Assembly (NCBI GenBank): GCA_044223005.1
Contig: JBGAML010000004.1
Coordinates: 128,001-192,000 of the forward strand
Length of the DNA: 64,000 nt
From: Candidatus Eiseniibacteriota bacterium
GTDB lineage: Bacteria > Eisenbacteria > RBG-16-71-46
Direction of reading: 5' to 3'
Below the pieces are notes generated by a model. That model did not search any database and was not told where the DNA came from. It saw only the letters and a list, made by a program, of their open reading frames with translations. The translations under genes and the position numbers were made by a program. Below, one piece after another: positions 9,838 to 19,090 of this stretch. Position 1 is the stretch's first letter. Each line of letters opens with the position of its first letter.

Positions 9838-10239
9838 TCAGTACTTGGTCTGGCCGACCAGGTACGCGGAGCAGGTGTAGACGGGCGACGTGCCGCCGAG
9901 CGTGAGGACCCCGCGCACGAACTTCTTCGTCGCCTGGATCTCCACCGCGAGCTTCTGCAGCGACGACGCCGCGCCGACCTGCGTCGCCGCGACGGCGGCA
10001 TGCAGCGAGCCCGCGGCGCCGAGGTCGGTGTAGGTGCCGCCCAGGGTGTCGCACTCCTGCAGCTTGAAGTCCGCCGTCGGCGTGGTGCCGGAGACGTTCG
10101 TCAGCTCGAGGACCACGATCGCGTGCCCCTCGTAGGCCGACACGTCGATGCCCGTGAGGTTGGCGCTCGCGCTGCGCGAGGCCGCCGGCATGAGCGTCGC
10201 GGGCGTGGCCTTGAGCAGGCTGTTCATGAGACCGCTCAT
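9838..10239 (-). CDS. Virion protein (possible capsid decoration)
   Basis: 133 aa beta-rich, coupled downstream of the capsid gene. Confidence 0.6.
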   Translation of the reverse strand: MSGLMNSLLKATPATLMPAASRSASANLTGIDVSAYEGHAIVVLELTNVSGTTPTADFKLQECDTLGGTYTDLGAAGSLHAAVAATQVGAASSLQKLAVEIQATKKFVRGVLTLGGTSPVYTCSAYLVGQTKY

Positions 10240-10673
10240 TTCGTCTTCTCCTTGCCGCCCTTGCCCGAGGCGGTCGTGGTGGTGGTGGTGCCGGCGGCCT
10301 TCGCCGCGGCTTCTTCCGCAGCCTTGGCCGCGGCCTCGGCAGCAGCCGCTTCCTCCGCGGCCTTCGCCGCGGCCTCGGCAGCAGCCGCTTCCTCCGCGGC
10401 CTTCGCCGCGGCCTCGGCCGCCGCCGCTTCCTCCGCGGCTTTCGCCGCAGCCTCGGCCGCGGCGGCGTCTTCCGTCCCCGAACCCCCCGCGGCCGCGCCC
10501 GCGAGAGGTTCGGGCAGGGCCGCATGCGGCGCGGCCTCGACGGAACCGTTGTGGATGCGCTCCTGGGCGACGGCCACGGGGAGGTCGAGGACATCCCCGA
10601 CCTCCGCGTAGCGACCGAGCCCGAGCACGTGGCTGCGGGTCACGCGGACCCGCATGGTGGCGGCGGGGCGCAT
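10236..10673 (-). CDS. Capsid-adjacent protein with (AAAAEAAAKAAEE)n tail, gpFI-like position
   Basis: ATG overlaps the capsid stop (TGATG); 145 aa. Confidence 0.7.
   Translation of the reverse strand: MRPAATMRVRVTRSHVLGLGRYAEVGDVLDLPVAVAQERIHNGSVEAAPHAALPEPLAGAAAGGSGTEDAAAAEAAAKAAEEAAAAEAAAKAAEEAAAAEAAAKAAEEAAAAEAAAKAAEEAAAKAAGTTTTTTASGKGGKEKTK
10294..10470 (-). repeat. 39-bp coding tandem repeat, about 4.5 copies
   Basis: Encodes repeated AAAAEAAAKAAEE. Confidence 0.85.
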
Positions 10674-12718
10674 CAGGCGATCTTCGCCGCCGTGGCGACG
10701 GCGAACGCCTCCGGACGCTCGACCAGGCTGTCGCCGAGCTCGTTGGTGGTCACCAGGATCTGCCCCTTCCCGGCGAGGGTCACCACGTCGACCATGAACT
10801 CGAGCACACCCCAGTGGCCGAACGTGAGCGCGGTCCAATCGCCGAAGACGATGCCGTGCTCGTCGGCACCGGCGCCGAGCGACTTCGACACCTGGTTGGT
10901 CGACCCGGCGCGGTAGCCGGCGACCTGTCCGTCGCGGAAGGTGCCGTCCCAGATCGGGCGCGACCCGGCCACGGCGCCGAAGTCGAGGATCTGCTTCAGC
11001 TTCGCGGCCATGAGCGGCGTGGTCATGTAGCGCATCGAATCGCTGTCGGCGTTCGCATCCGCGATCGCGCCGCCGAGATCGACGAGCTTGCCGTAGGTCG
11101 GGACGGTGCCGCCGAAAGCGACCGTGCCGACGCCCGGCGTGTTGTAGATGCCCGTGGGCTCGCCATCCGTGCCGCGGCCGTGCAGGGCCATCTTGTCCCA
11201 CAGCCGCGAGTGCTTCGAGATCAGGCGGATGCGCGCGCGGCCCTCGATGTCGATCGCGGCCATGTTCATCAGCCGGCGCGGGAACAGCACCTGCGCCGCG
11301 GCTTCCTTCGGCGACAGCGTCCGCGTGCCGAAGTTGAGCTGCGACTGGGTGACGCCGTTCGCCGGGTTCTCGCCGATGAAGTACGCCGTCGGCTCGCCGG
11401 TCTCGACCGGGAACTGGATCGGCCCGGTCAGCCCCATCAGCGTCTGGGCGCCGAACGCGCTGCAGAGGCTGCGAGCCGTGAGGAGCTCGATCAGGTCGCC
11501 GGCGCTGTCGAACACGAGCTCGGCACCGCCGCCGGCGACGCCCGTGCCCATGGCGCGGACGCGCGAGGCGCGCTGCAGGTCGCGCTCGTAGCGCTCCTCC
11601 GGCGTGAGCAGGCTCATCGGCAGGAAGTGCCCGCCGATGCCGCGGTAGATGCTCGGCATCTGCCGGGCGAGTTCCTGGCTCACCTCGGCCTCGAGGCCGT
11701 CGAAGGTGCCGTTGCCTTCCTTCGCGGCGACCGCGCGCTGGAGCGCGCGCGCGATCGACACGCGCTGGCGGTCCTTCTTCGGGATCGCGTCGACGCGGAC
11801 CTCCGCGGGCGGCTGCGTCAGCGAGCCGCGCGTCACGCGCTCGTCGAAGATCTCGGCCTTCGCGCGGTCGAGCGAGTAGCCCTTCTCGATGAACTCGGCC
11901 GCGCGGGACTGCGGGACGCCGTGCGCGTCGCAGAAGCGGACGATGTCGGCCGGCGGCGTGCCGGCGGAGCGGGTCACGCTCACCCCGGCGGCGGTGGCGG
12001 CCGCGGCGGTCGTCTCCGGCCCCGGGGCCGCAGGGGCGGCCGGGCTGGCCGCGGGCGCAGCGTGGGTGATCGTGTCCGGCATCTTCGGTTCCTCCTGGCT
12101 GGTGGTGGCGGGTGCGTCGATCTCGTCTTCGGTCTCGACGTAGCACCCTTCAGCGCCGGCACCGCGTGCGATGCCGGCATTCGGGTCGGCGGGGATGCCG
12201 ACGATGGAGAACTCCTCGGGCCGCCAGCGCGTGTACGTGACGGTGTCGAGGGCGTTGGGGTCGGCGTTGTCGCGCGTGACCTTGCGGCGGATCGGGAACG
12301 CGCGAATCGAGCCGAACTTCAGCGTCTTGCCGAAGTCGGCCTTCGTGCGCTGCGCGAGCTCGTGGCTGGAGAAGAAGAGGTCGCCCTCGAGGCGGCGCGC
12401 GTCGGTGCGCGTGATGTTCTCGACGATGCCGACATGCAGCGCCGGATCGGGCGTCGGCCGGTAGGGATAGCCCCCATGCTCGAGGTAGACCGAGAGCCCG
12501 TTGCGGGCGAGGCTCATGTCGATCGCGCCCGCGGCGTGGCTCAGGATCTCCTGGCCCATGAAGGTGTCGCAGGGCGTCTCCGTGCTGAGGATGACGTGGA
12601 AGCCTTCCTCGGTCGCGCCGTCGCCGCCCGCGGCCGCGCGCGTGATGGGATTCGCCTCGAGCAGCTCGAAGTGGAAGTGCTTCGGGACCTTCGTCTTCTT
12701 GGCTTCGGTCGTCGGCAT
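10673..12718 (-). CDS. Prohead protease-major capsid protein fusion (HK97 fold)
   Basis: 681 aa; N-terminal protease-like region (EILSH, WRPEEFSIVGIPADPNAGI), Ala/Pro linker, C-terminal capsid region (IVFGDW, RPEAFAV). Confidence 0.9.
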   Translation of the reverse strand: MPTTEAKKTKVPKHFHFELLEANPITRAAAGGDGATEEGFHVILSTETPCDTFMGQEILSHAAGAIDMSLARNGLSVYLEHGGYPYRPTPDPALHVGIVENITRTDARRLEGDLFFSSHELAQRTKADFGKTLKFGSIRAFPIRRKVTRDNADPNALDTVTYTRWRPEEFSIVGIPADPNAGIARGAGAEGCYVETEDEIDAPATTSQEEPKMPDTITHAAPAASPAAPAAPGPETTAAAATAAGVSVTRSAGTPPADIVRFCDAHGVPQSRAAEFIEKGYSLDRAKAEIFDERVTRGSLTQPPAEVRVDAIPKKDRQRVSIARALQRAVAAKEGNGTFDGLEAEVSQELARQMPSIYRGIGGHFLPMSLLTPEERYERDLQRASRVRAMGTGVAGGGAELVFDSAGDLIELLTARSLCSAFGAQTLMGLTGPIQFPVETGEPTAYFIGENPANGVTQSQLNFGTRTLSPKEAAAQVLFPRRLMNMAAIDIEGRARIRLISKHSRLWDKMALHGRGTDGEPTGIYNTPGVGTVAFGGTVPTYGKLVDLGGAIADANADSDSMRYMTTPLMAAKLKQILDFGAVAGSRPIWDGTFRDGQVAGYRAGSTNQVSKSLGAGADEHGIVFGDWTALTFGHWGVLEFMVDVVTLAGKGQILVTTNELGDSLVERPEAFAVATAAKIA

Positions 12719-12736
12719 CGTTCGGGGTCCTCGTGC

Positions 12737-13177
12737 CTACGCACTCACGGAAACGTTGTTGGAGATGCCGCTCATGTTCCCGGCGGCGTCCTTGAAGCGG
12801 ATCGCGACGAAGTAGGTCTGGCCGGGGATGCCGGGTAGGGTCGTCGCCTCCGAGCCGACGCCTCCAGCGACCCAGTCCGGATGCACGGTCGCGATCGACG
12901 CCCACGGGCCGACGAGCAGCGTCGCGGCGTTCCAGTCGGCGTCACTGGTAATGGTGGCGCCGATGCGGAAGCGGATCTCGTACTGGGACGCGACCGGAGC
13001 GCTGAACGCGTTGTCGCCAGGAACGGTGAAGGAAACGTCGAGCTCGCTCCCGTCCCAGAGATCCTGGGCGAGATCCGACACGGTTCCGGGCGGCGTCACG
13101 TCGCCGCCGCCGCCGACGAAGGGCATCCGGCGGATCGCGACCTGCACCATTCCGAGGCCGAGACCGACCATCATCAT
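12737..13177 (-). CDS. Putative head-spike fibre with FN3-like domain
   Basis: N-terminal MVGLGLG anchor motif; DVTPPGTVSDL...YEIR...TYFVAIRFKDAAGNMSGISN FN3-like motif. Confidence 0.65.
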   Translation of the reverse strand: MMMVGLGLGMVQVAIRRMPFVGGGGDVTPPGTVSDLAQDLWDGSELDVSFTVPGDNAFSAPVASQYEIRFRIGATITSDADWNAATLLVGPWASIATVHPDWVAGGVGSEATTLPGIPGQTYFVAIRFKDAAGNMSGISNNVSVSA

Positions 13178-13479
13178 CAGTCCAGTGCCACGATGTTGGT
13201 GGCCGTCGTGCCGGTGGCACGCACGCGCTTGGTCCGGATGGCGAGCGTCTGGCCGGCGGGAACGGCCTTGAACACGATCGACGTTCCGGTGTCGACCATG
13301 TCGACGCAGACGTCGCCAGCGCCGCCGACGTAGAGCGCGCGTCCCCAGAATCCGTAGTCCGTGGAATCGTTGGGCGTGATCGCCTGCGCGCGCGTCGCGG
13401 GCCAGTCGATGCCGCCGGCGCGCTGGCTGTCGGCGTACTGCGCGTTGAAGCGGTCGCTCGTGCTGACCGGAAGTGCCAT
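13177..13479 (-). CDS. Head-spike base protein (RcGTA Rcc01079-like)
   Basis: 100 aa; AITPNDSTD...RALYVGGAGDV...VPAGQTLAIRTKRVRATGTTATNIVAL. Confidence 0.8.
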   Translation of the reverse strand: MALPVSTSDRFNAQYADSQRAGGIDWPATRAQAITPNDSTDYGFWGRALYVGGAGDVCVDMVDTGTSIVFKAVPAGQTLAIRTKRVRATGTTATNIVALD

Positions 13480-13571
13480 CGGAGACCTCGTCTCGTTCGA
13501 AGCGGCGGCGCTGGGATTTCGCGCCGGATGCAGCGGACGAGGTCCACCGTTCACGAACGGCAAGCGGATTG

Positions 13572-13594
13572 CCATTACAGTAAATCTGTAATGG
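13572..13594. promoter_or_regulatory. Perfect 9-bp inverted repeat CCATTACAG-TAAAT-CTGTAATGG in a divergent intergenic region
   Basis: AT-rich palindrome read directly from the sequence. Confidence 0.6.
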
Positions 13595-13628
13595 ACCGCG
13601 CGACCGGACCCGTGCCTAAGGTCGGCCC

Positions 13629-14174
13629 ATGAGCGACCTGACGGCACTCCCCGAGTCGATCGTCGCGGGCACGACGGTCGAGTACACGCTTTCGCTGCCC
13701 GACTATCCGGCGAGCGCGGGTTGGACCTTGAAGCTCTACCTCGCGGGCATCTCCACGCTCGCGAAGGACGCGGTCGCGAGCGGCGACGACTTCACGGTGA
13801 CGCTTATCGACGGCGACACGGGGAATCTCGCGCCCGGCGTCTACCAGTTCGCACACCGCGTCGCGATGGCCGGCAAGACCTACCAGGTCGAGTGCGGCAG
13901 CGTAACCGTGGAGCCGAACATCGGCACCGCGGCGGACGGAGATCTCGCGAGCTGGGAGGAGCAGGCCCTGACCGCCGTGCGCGCCGCGATCAAGGGCGGC
14001 CTCTCGCGCGGCATGGCCGAGTTCCAGATCCTCGGGCGCGCCGTGAAGTACTTCACGCCCCGCGAGCTCCGCGAAACCGAGCTCTGGCTCTCGCGGAAGG
14101 TCGCCGCACGGCAGGGTCGCGCCAGCGGGCTTGGCCGCCAGCATCGCATCAGCTTCGCACCCCGGGAGGAGTAG
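13629..14174 (+). CDS. Head-tail adaptor (gpW-like C-terminus)
   Basis: 181 aa directly upstream of portal; C-terminal AEFQILGRAVKYFTPRELRE motif. Confidence 0.7.
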   Translation: MSDLTALPESIVAGTTVEYTLSLPDYPASAGWTLKLYLAGISTLAKDAVASGDDFTVTLIDGDTGNLAPGVYQFAHRVAMAGKTYQVECGSVTVEPNIGTAADGDLASWEEQALTAVRAAIKGGLSRGMAEFQILGRAVKYFTPRELRETELWLSRKVAARQGRASGLGRQHRISFAPREE

Positions 14175-15905
14175 ATGGCCGAGATGACGCAGGGCGCAGG
14201 ATCGGGCGCGGACGCCGGTGCCGCGGTCAGCGGGCGGAGCCGCTTCGCGCGCGCCGCGCGCGCCGCCTGGCGCGAACTGCGCGGCGCGGGGCGCAGCGCC
14301 GCGGCTCCGGTCGCCGAGCCCGCCGCACCCGCCCGGACGCGCCGAGTGGCGCGCGCGAGCTACCACGCCGCCGACGAGGGACGGCTGCGGCAGGACTGGC
14401 GCGTCGGGAACTACTCGGCTGACCAGGAGATTCGGCGCGCGATCGCGCTGGCGCGCGCGCGGGCCCGCGACCTCGCGCGAAATAACCCCTACGTGGGCCG
14501 CTATCTCGGGCTGCTCTCGGCGAACGTCCTGGGATCGACGGGCATCTCGCACAAGGCGCAGGTCCGTCGTCCCGACGGCTCGCTGGATGAGGTGGTGAAC
14601 GACTACCTCGAGGAGAGGTGGCAGACCTGGACGCGTGGGCCCGTGTCCGTCTCGGGTCGGCTCTCGCTGCGGCCATTCCAGTCGCTGCAGCTCGAGGAGG
14701 TGGCCGTCAGCGGCGAAGCGTTCACGCGCACCGTCGTCGGTCGCGAGTTCCCGGATGGACTGGCGTTGCTCGAGGTGGATCCCGACCTCGTCGCGGAGAC
14801 GATCGAGCGCCGCGCGCAACGCGACGGCAGCGAGGTGCGCATGGGCGTCGAGGTCGACGCGCGGGGGCGACGGGTGGCCTATCACATCTGGGACTGGCCG
14901 GACTACGTGCCGGGCGCCACGATGCGCGGCCTGAACCGCGTGCCGGCGTCCGAGATCCTCCACCACTACCGGCAGCGCCGCGCGCACCAGACCCGCGGCT
15001 TCAGCTGGATCGCGCCGGTCATGCTCGACATCCAGGACCTCGCCGGCTACGACGAGTCGGTGATCCTCGGCGCGCGCGCGGGCGCGAACCAGATGGCGTT
15101 CGTGAGCTGGAAAGACCCCTCGCTCGCGGCCGTATCGACCGAGGACGACGACCGCAAGCCGCTCGAGCTGGAGCTGGCCCCGCTGACCGTGACGGAGCTT
15201 GAGCCGGGGCAGGAGGTCCAGCCCTTCAATCCCTCACAGCCGAGCGACGTCTACGCCGACTTCACCAAGGGCGTGCAGCGCCGGATCGCCACCGGCCTGC
15301 AGGTCGCCTACGCATCGCTCACCGGCGACCTGCGGGACGTGAACTACTCGAGCACCAAGGTCGGCATCGCGGCCGAGCGGGAGATGTGGAAGGACCTCCA
15401 GCAGTGGTGGATCGAGTCCTTCCTGCAGCCGCTGTACCTCAAGTGGCTGGAGACGGCGTGGCTCTCCGGTGCGCTCAAGCTCCCCGGGGGCGACTGGCGC
15501 GCCTACACTGCGGTCGAGTGGGTGCCGCGCGGCTGGCCGTGGATCGAACCGCAGCGCGAGGCCGGCGCGGCGAAGGACGAGGTCGCACTCGGCATCAGCT
15601 CGCGCCAGCGGATCCACCAGGAGCAGGGCACGAACTTCTTCGACGTGCTCGAGGAGCTCGCCCAGGAGAAGAAGGCGGCCGAGGATCTGGGGATCTCGAT
15701 CGACCCGCCGGCGTCGGCCGGCGGCTCGTCCCCGGCGGCGGATCCGCAGGGCTCCGGAACGCAGGACGGCGCCGATGGCGAGGGGAGCGCCGCGGCGTCT
15801 GAGGGGGACGGCGCTGCCGCGCGCACGGCGGCCCGTCCCGCCTCAACGCGCAACCGGATCCGGTCGGCGATGAACGGCCACGCGATCTCGCGGGGGCCGG
15901 CGTAA
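14175..15905 (+). CDS. Portal protein, lambda family
   Basis: 576 aa; RARARDLARNNPY, EILHHY..RAHQTRG, LTGDLRDVNYSS, PRGWPWIEPQRE motifs. Confidence 0.95.
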   Translation: MAEMTQGAGSGADAGAAVSGRSRFARAARAAWRELRGAGRSAAAPVAEPAAPARTRRVARASYHAADEGRLRQDWRVGNYSADQEIRRAIALARARARDLARNNPYVGRYLGLLSANVLGSTGISHKAQVRRPDGSLDEVVNDYLEERWQTWTRGPVSVSGRLSLRPFQSLQLEEVAVSGEAFTRTVVGREFPDGLALLEVDPDLVAETIERRAQRDGSEVRMGVEVDARGRRVAYHIWDWPDYVPGATMRGLNRVPASEILHHYRQRRAHQTRGFSWIAPVMLDIQDLAGYDESVILGARAGANQMAFVSWKDPSLAAVSTEDDDRKPLELELAPLTVTELEPGQEVQPFNPSQPSDVYADFTKGVQRRIATGLQVAYASLTGDLRDVNYSSTKVGIAAEREMWKDLQQWWIESFLQPLYLKWLETAWLSGALKLPGGDWRAYTAVEWVPRGWPWIEPQREAGAAKDEVALGISSRQRIHQEQGTNFFDVLEELAQEKKAAEDLGISIDPPASAGGSSPAADPQGSGTQDGADGEGSAAASEGDGAAARTAARPASTRNRIRSAMNGHAISRGPA

Positions 15906-15950
15906 GGAAGTCAACGACATCCTTGCATCGCCGCCCCCGCCCGAGATCCA

Positions 15951-17912
15951 TTACTTCCGCCAGCTCCTGAGCCACCCGCCGCGCTTGCGACGGGGATTCG
16001 GGTTCGCGCGGGGGGCCGCAGGCGGCTCCGGCTCCGGAATCGCATCGTCCGCGTCGTGCAGGTTCGGATCCGGCGGGGCGAGCTCGTCCGACTCTTCGTC
16101 CGCCGGCGTCGGCTCCGGCGGATCGAGGGGCAGCGTGCGCACCGAGAATCGCGCCGCGCGGCCGCCGAGCGTGCGGATGAACGGCTCGCCGAGGATCTTC
16201 AGCGCCGCCAGACAGTAGACCTCGAGGTCGAGCGCTTCATTGCGATCGCGGATCTTCTCCCATACGCGCCGGAAGCCCTTGCCCTTGACGAACCGCGGGA
16301 AGCACCGCTCGGCCGTGAGCTCGTCGATGTAGGCCTTGTCGACCCACTCCGGCAGGTGCATGAAGCCGGGCCCTGGACTCGACATGCGAAGCCGCGCACC
16401 GATCGTGTCCTTGCCCGTGTTGACGCAGAGCGTGTAGAGGCGTGCGTTGTAGGAGTTGTTCGCGGTCGGGCGGCCGACGAGCGGGATGCCGTAGCTCTGG
16501 CCGCCGCGAACGGCGTAGACCTTCCGGCCGATGCGGGCGCGCGTGAACTGGTAGACGACGTCGGCCTTGAAGTTGGAGTCGACCGCGACGCAGGCGATCC
16601 GCATCCGCTGCCCGCTCACGTGCTGCCAGCTCTGGAGCAGGATGTTCTGGTCGAGCTCGAGCCACGCCCTGGGATCCTCGGGTTTCTCGAACGGGATGTG
16701 CCCGTAGCCGATCAGCCAGGACTCCTCGCCGGCGCCGTAGCCCTTGATCTTCCATACCAGCCGGTCGCCCTGGACGTCGACGCCGGCGACGAGCACGCCC
16801 ACGCCGTCGGGAACCTCGGCGCCATAGCGCTCCGTCGCGCGCGCAAGGAGCACGTTCTCATCGATCTCCTCGTTGTCGTCGCGCCACGTCTCTGCGAGCC
16901 GGGTGTTGACCCAGGTGATGCGGTTGGGGACGTCCCCGTCGCTCTCCTTGTGCTCCTGCACGATCGTGGCCCAGCTACACCAGCCGAGCGGCGAGTACAG
17001 GGACGAGAGGTGATAGCTCAACGTGCCGTTCTGGCTCTCGGCGCTAGGAACCCAGTGTGCGCCGTTCGCGGGATCGAACATCCACGTCTTCCAGCGCTCC
17101 TCGATGCGCTCTTCACAGTGAGGGCAGACCCAGACCGGGTGATCGGGATCGTGGGCGTAGAGGATCGACTGCCAGCGAATCCAGTCGAACGCGCCGCAGC
17201 CGGGGCACGGCACGTGGTAGTGGCGCTGATCGCCGAGGAGGAACTGCTTCTCGATCGCCGAGTGCCCGCGGACCGTCGGGGTCGAGAGGATCAGCTCCTT
17301 GCTGTTGGCGGAGAAGTTCGTCATGCGCTTCTCCGCGAGCGAGAGCGGCGCGCCCTCGCCGTCGACGTTGTCGGGGAAAGCGTCGAGCTCGTCGACCACC
17401 AGGTAGCGGATCGGGCGCCGGCGAAGCGCCGCGGCGGAGTTCGCGCCCGTGAAGGCGATGAACCCGCCCGTGAACTTCTTGTAGAGGATCTTGTTCTCGC
17501 CCTGCCGCGAGCGGTTGGCGCTGAAGAGCTCGGCGATCTGTGGGCTGGCCGCGATCGAGGGCGCGACGCGCTCGACGGACCACGACTCGGCGTCCTCGGC
17601 GCGTGGCGCGACGCACAGCATGGGTCCCGGCGCGAATTTGGGGACGTAGAGGATGAAGTTGTTGGCGAACTCCGTCTTGCCGATCTGGCTGCCGGCCATG
17701 ACGACCACGCGGCGCGCGGGATGGCGCACGGAGAGCGCGTTCGCGGGCTCGATCCAGTAGGGCGTGCGGTTGGGATTGTAGCGAGCCGCCTCGGGGCCGC
17801 TGCCGGACGGGAGCTGCCGGAACCGCTCGGCGGACTCCATCACCGTCATGTAGGGATCAGCCTGCCAGCCCTCGCGCCAGGCGCGGGCGAAGACCTCAGC
17901 CGCGCGTCCCAT
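15951..17912 (-). CDS. Terminase large subunit (GpA family)
   Basis: 653 aa; MAGSQIGKTE Walker A, LVVDELD Walker B, STPT, VPCPGCG, AGVDVQ, RNEALDLEVY. Confidence 0.95.
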   Translation of the reverse strand: MGRAAEVFARAWREGWQADPYMTVMESAERFRQLPSGSGPEAARYNPNRTPYWIEPANALSVRHPARRVVVMAGSQIGKTEFANNFILYVPKFAPGPMLCVAPRAEDAESWSVERVAPSIAASPQIAELFSANRSRQGENKILYKKFTGGFIAFTGANSAAALRRRPIRYLVVDELDAFPDNVDGEGAPLSLAEKRMTNFSANSKELILSTPTVRGHSAIEKQFLLGDQRHYHVPCPGCGAFDWIRWQSILYAHDPDHPVWVCPHCEERIEERWKTWMFDPANGAHWVPSAESQNGTLSYHLSSLYSPLGWCSWATIVQEHKESDGDVPNRITWVNTRLAETWRDDNEEIDENVLLARATERYGAEVPDGVGVLVAGVDVQGDRLVWKIKGYGAGEESWLIGYGHIPFEKPEDPRAWLELDQNILLQSWQHVSGQRMRIACVAVDSNFKADVVYQFTRARIGRKVYAVRGGQSYGIPLVGRPTANNSYNARLYTLCVNTGKDTIGARLRMSSPGPGFMHLPEWVDKAYIDELTAERCFPRFVKGKGFRRVWEKIRDRNEALDLEVYCLAALKILGEPFIRTLGGRAARFSVRTLPLDPPEPTPADEESDELAPPDPNLHDADDAIPEPEPPAAPRANPNPRRKRGGWLRSWRK

Positions 17913-18192
17913 CGGCGGCCTCCGGAGCGTGCATGGCGCGCCAGCGATTCATGGCGGCGACGAGCGCGTGGCGGTCCACCTCGACGGCGCCAGCGGCGAC
18001 CGCCCGAGCGCGCCAGCGCGGCGACAGGTCGAAGTGCGGGATGCTCGCCCGCGCCTGGAACCACGTCATCGGCAAGCCGATCGCACGCGCGAAATCGAGC
18101 AGCTCGCCGACGTCATGGTCGGACATCAGGTGGCAGGATTTCCGGCCGCCCCAGGGCGTCGCGCAGGCGAAGAGGGCGTCGACGACAATCAT
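17896..18192 (-). CDS. DUF4031-like protein
   Basis: MIVVD...CHLMSD...ELLDFARAIGL..WFQ...HFDL...RARAVAAGAVEV. Confidence 0.75.
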   Translation of the reverse strand: MIVVDALFACATPWGGRKSCHLMSDHDVGELLDFARAIGLPMTWFQARASIPHFDLSPRWRARAVAAGAVEVDRHALVAAMNRWRAMHAPEAADGTRG

Positions 18193-18422
18193 GGCCACCG
18201 CGGGTCCTGGTCGAGTTGGTGCGCGACCCGCTCGAGCTCTTCGACGACCTGCGCCGCGGTGTAGCCGGAGACGACCTGCGCGGTGTCGAACAGCATGACG
18301 GTCCAGCCGCCGGCGGCGCCGCACATCTCGTTGCCTCGCCGCACCGGCTCCCAGTGCAGCTGGCGAATGCCGAGCCCGAGGCGCCGCGCCGCGCTTTCGA
18401 TCTTGCGGGTGTTGAAGCTCAC
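18189..18422 (-). CDS. Hypothetical phage protein
   Basis: GTG overlaps the terS stop; 77 aa; coupled to the next gene. Confidence 0.55.
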   Translation of the reverse strand: MSFNTRKIESAARRLGLGIRQLHWEPVRRGNEMCGAAGGWTVMLFDTAQVVSGYTAAQVVEELERVAHQLDQDPRWP

Positions 18423-19081
18423 GACGCCTCCCGCTCGCCGGGCCCGGGATCCTCCGGCGACGTCGACTCGGAATCGTCTTCGCCGGCCGTGACGGCGTTC
18501 ACGAGCTCTTCGCGGAGCCGTTCGTGCTCGCCGGTGATGAGCTCGTGGATGCGCGCCTGGTCGGTGAGTCCGACCAGCTGGGGCGCGAGCCGATCGGCCA
18601 GCGTCTGCATGAGGTCGCGCGCCTTGCGGATCGCGTTGTAGGCGACGTCGTAGTACTCCTCGCCGTCCAGCAGTCGGCGCTCGTCGATCAGCCGCTCGCG
18701 TTTCAGGCGCTGCGCGGCCTCCCACTCGCGCAGCGTCTTCGCTTTGACGAACGTCATGTCCTCCGGCATGCCGGCGGCGTCCGGGGCCGATGCGCTCGAG
18801 CTCGCGGCGCCGCTCTCGGGATCTGCGGGGACGGCCGCCTCGACAGGCAGACCGGTCCCGGGCCGACTCGGGTCGGTGTTGGTCGCCCAGGCGCGGTCCG
18901 CGGCCGCGACGTCGATCCGGCCATCCGCGCCCACCGGGATCCGGCGCGACCGCACCGCCTTCGTCACGGCCGCGCGCGAGACCCGGCGATGACGCGCATA
19001 CTCCGCGCGGGTCATCGTCGTCGGGACCTTCGGCTTCGCGGCCTGGCGTCGCGGCCGCTTCCGTGCGGGGCGCTTGGGCAT
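18419..19081 (-). CDS. Terminase small subunit (Nu1-like)
   Basis: N-terminal wHTH (MTRAEYARHRRVSRAAVTKAV..GRID), coiled-coil C-terminus, upstream of terL. Confidence 0.85.
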   Translation of the reverse strand: MPKRPARKRPRRQAAKPKVPTTMTRAEYARHRRVSRAAVTKAVRSRRIPVGADGRIDVAAADRAWATNTDPSRPGTGLPVEAAVPADPESGAASSSASAPDAAGMPEDMTFVKAKTLREWEAAQRLKRERLIDERRLLDGEEYYDVAYNAIRKARDLMQTLADRLAPQLVGLTDQARIHELITGEHERLREELVNAVTAGEDDSESTSPEDPGPGEREAS

Positions 19082-19090
19082 GGGCGAGCG

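Noticed and set aside
16311..16337. terL KAYI codons as the target of array unit 1
   Set aside because: Only the first four dinucleotides match (12 of 18 positions overall), compatible with chance.
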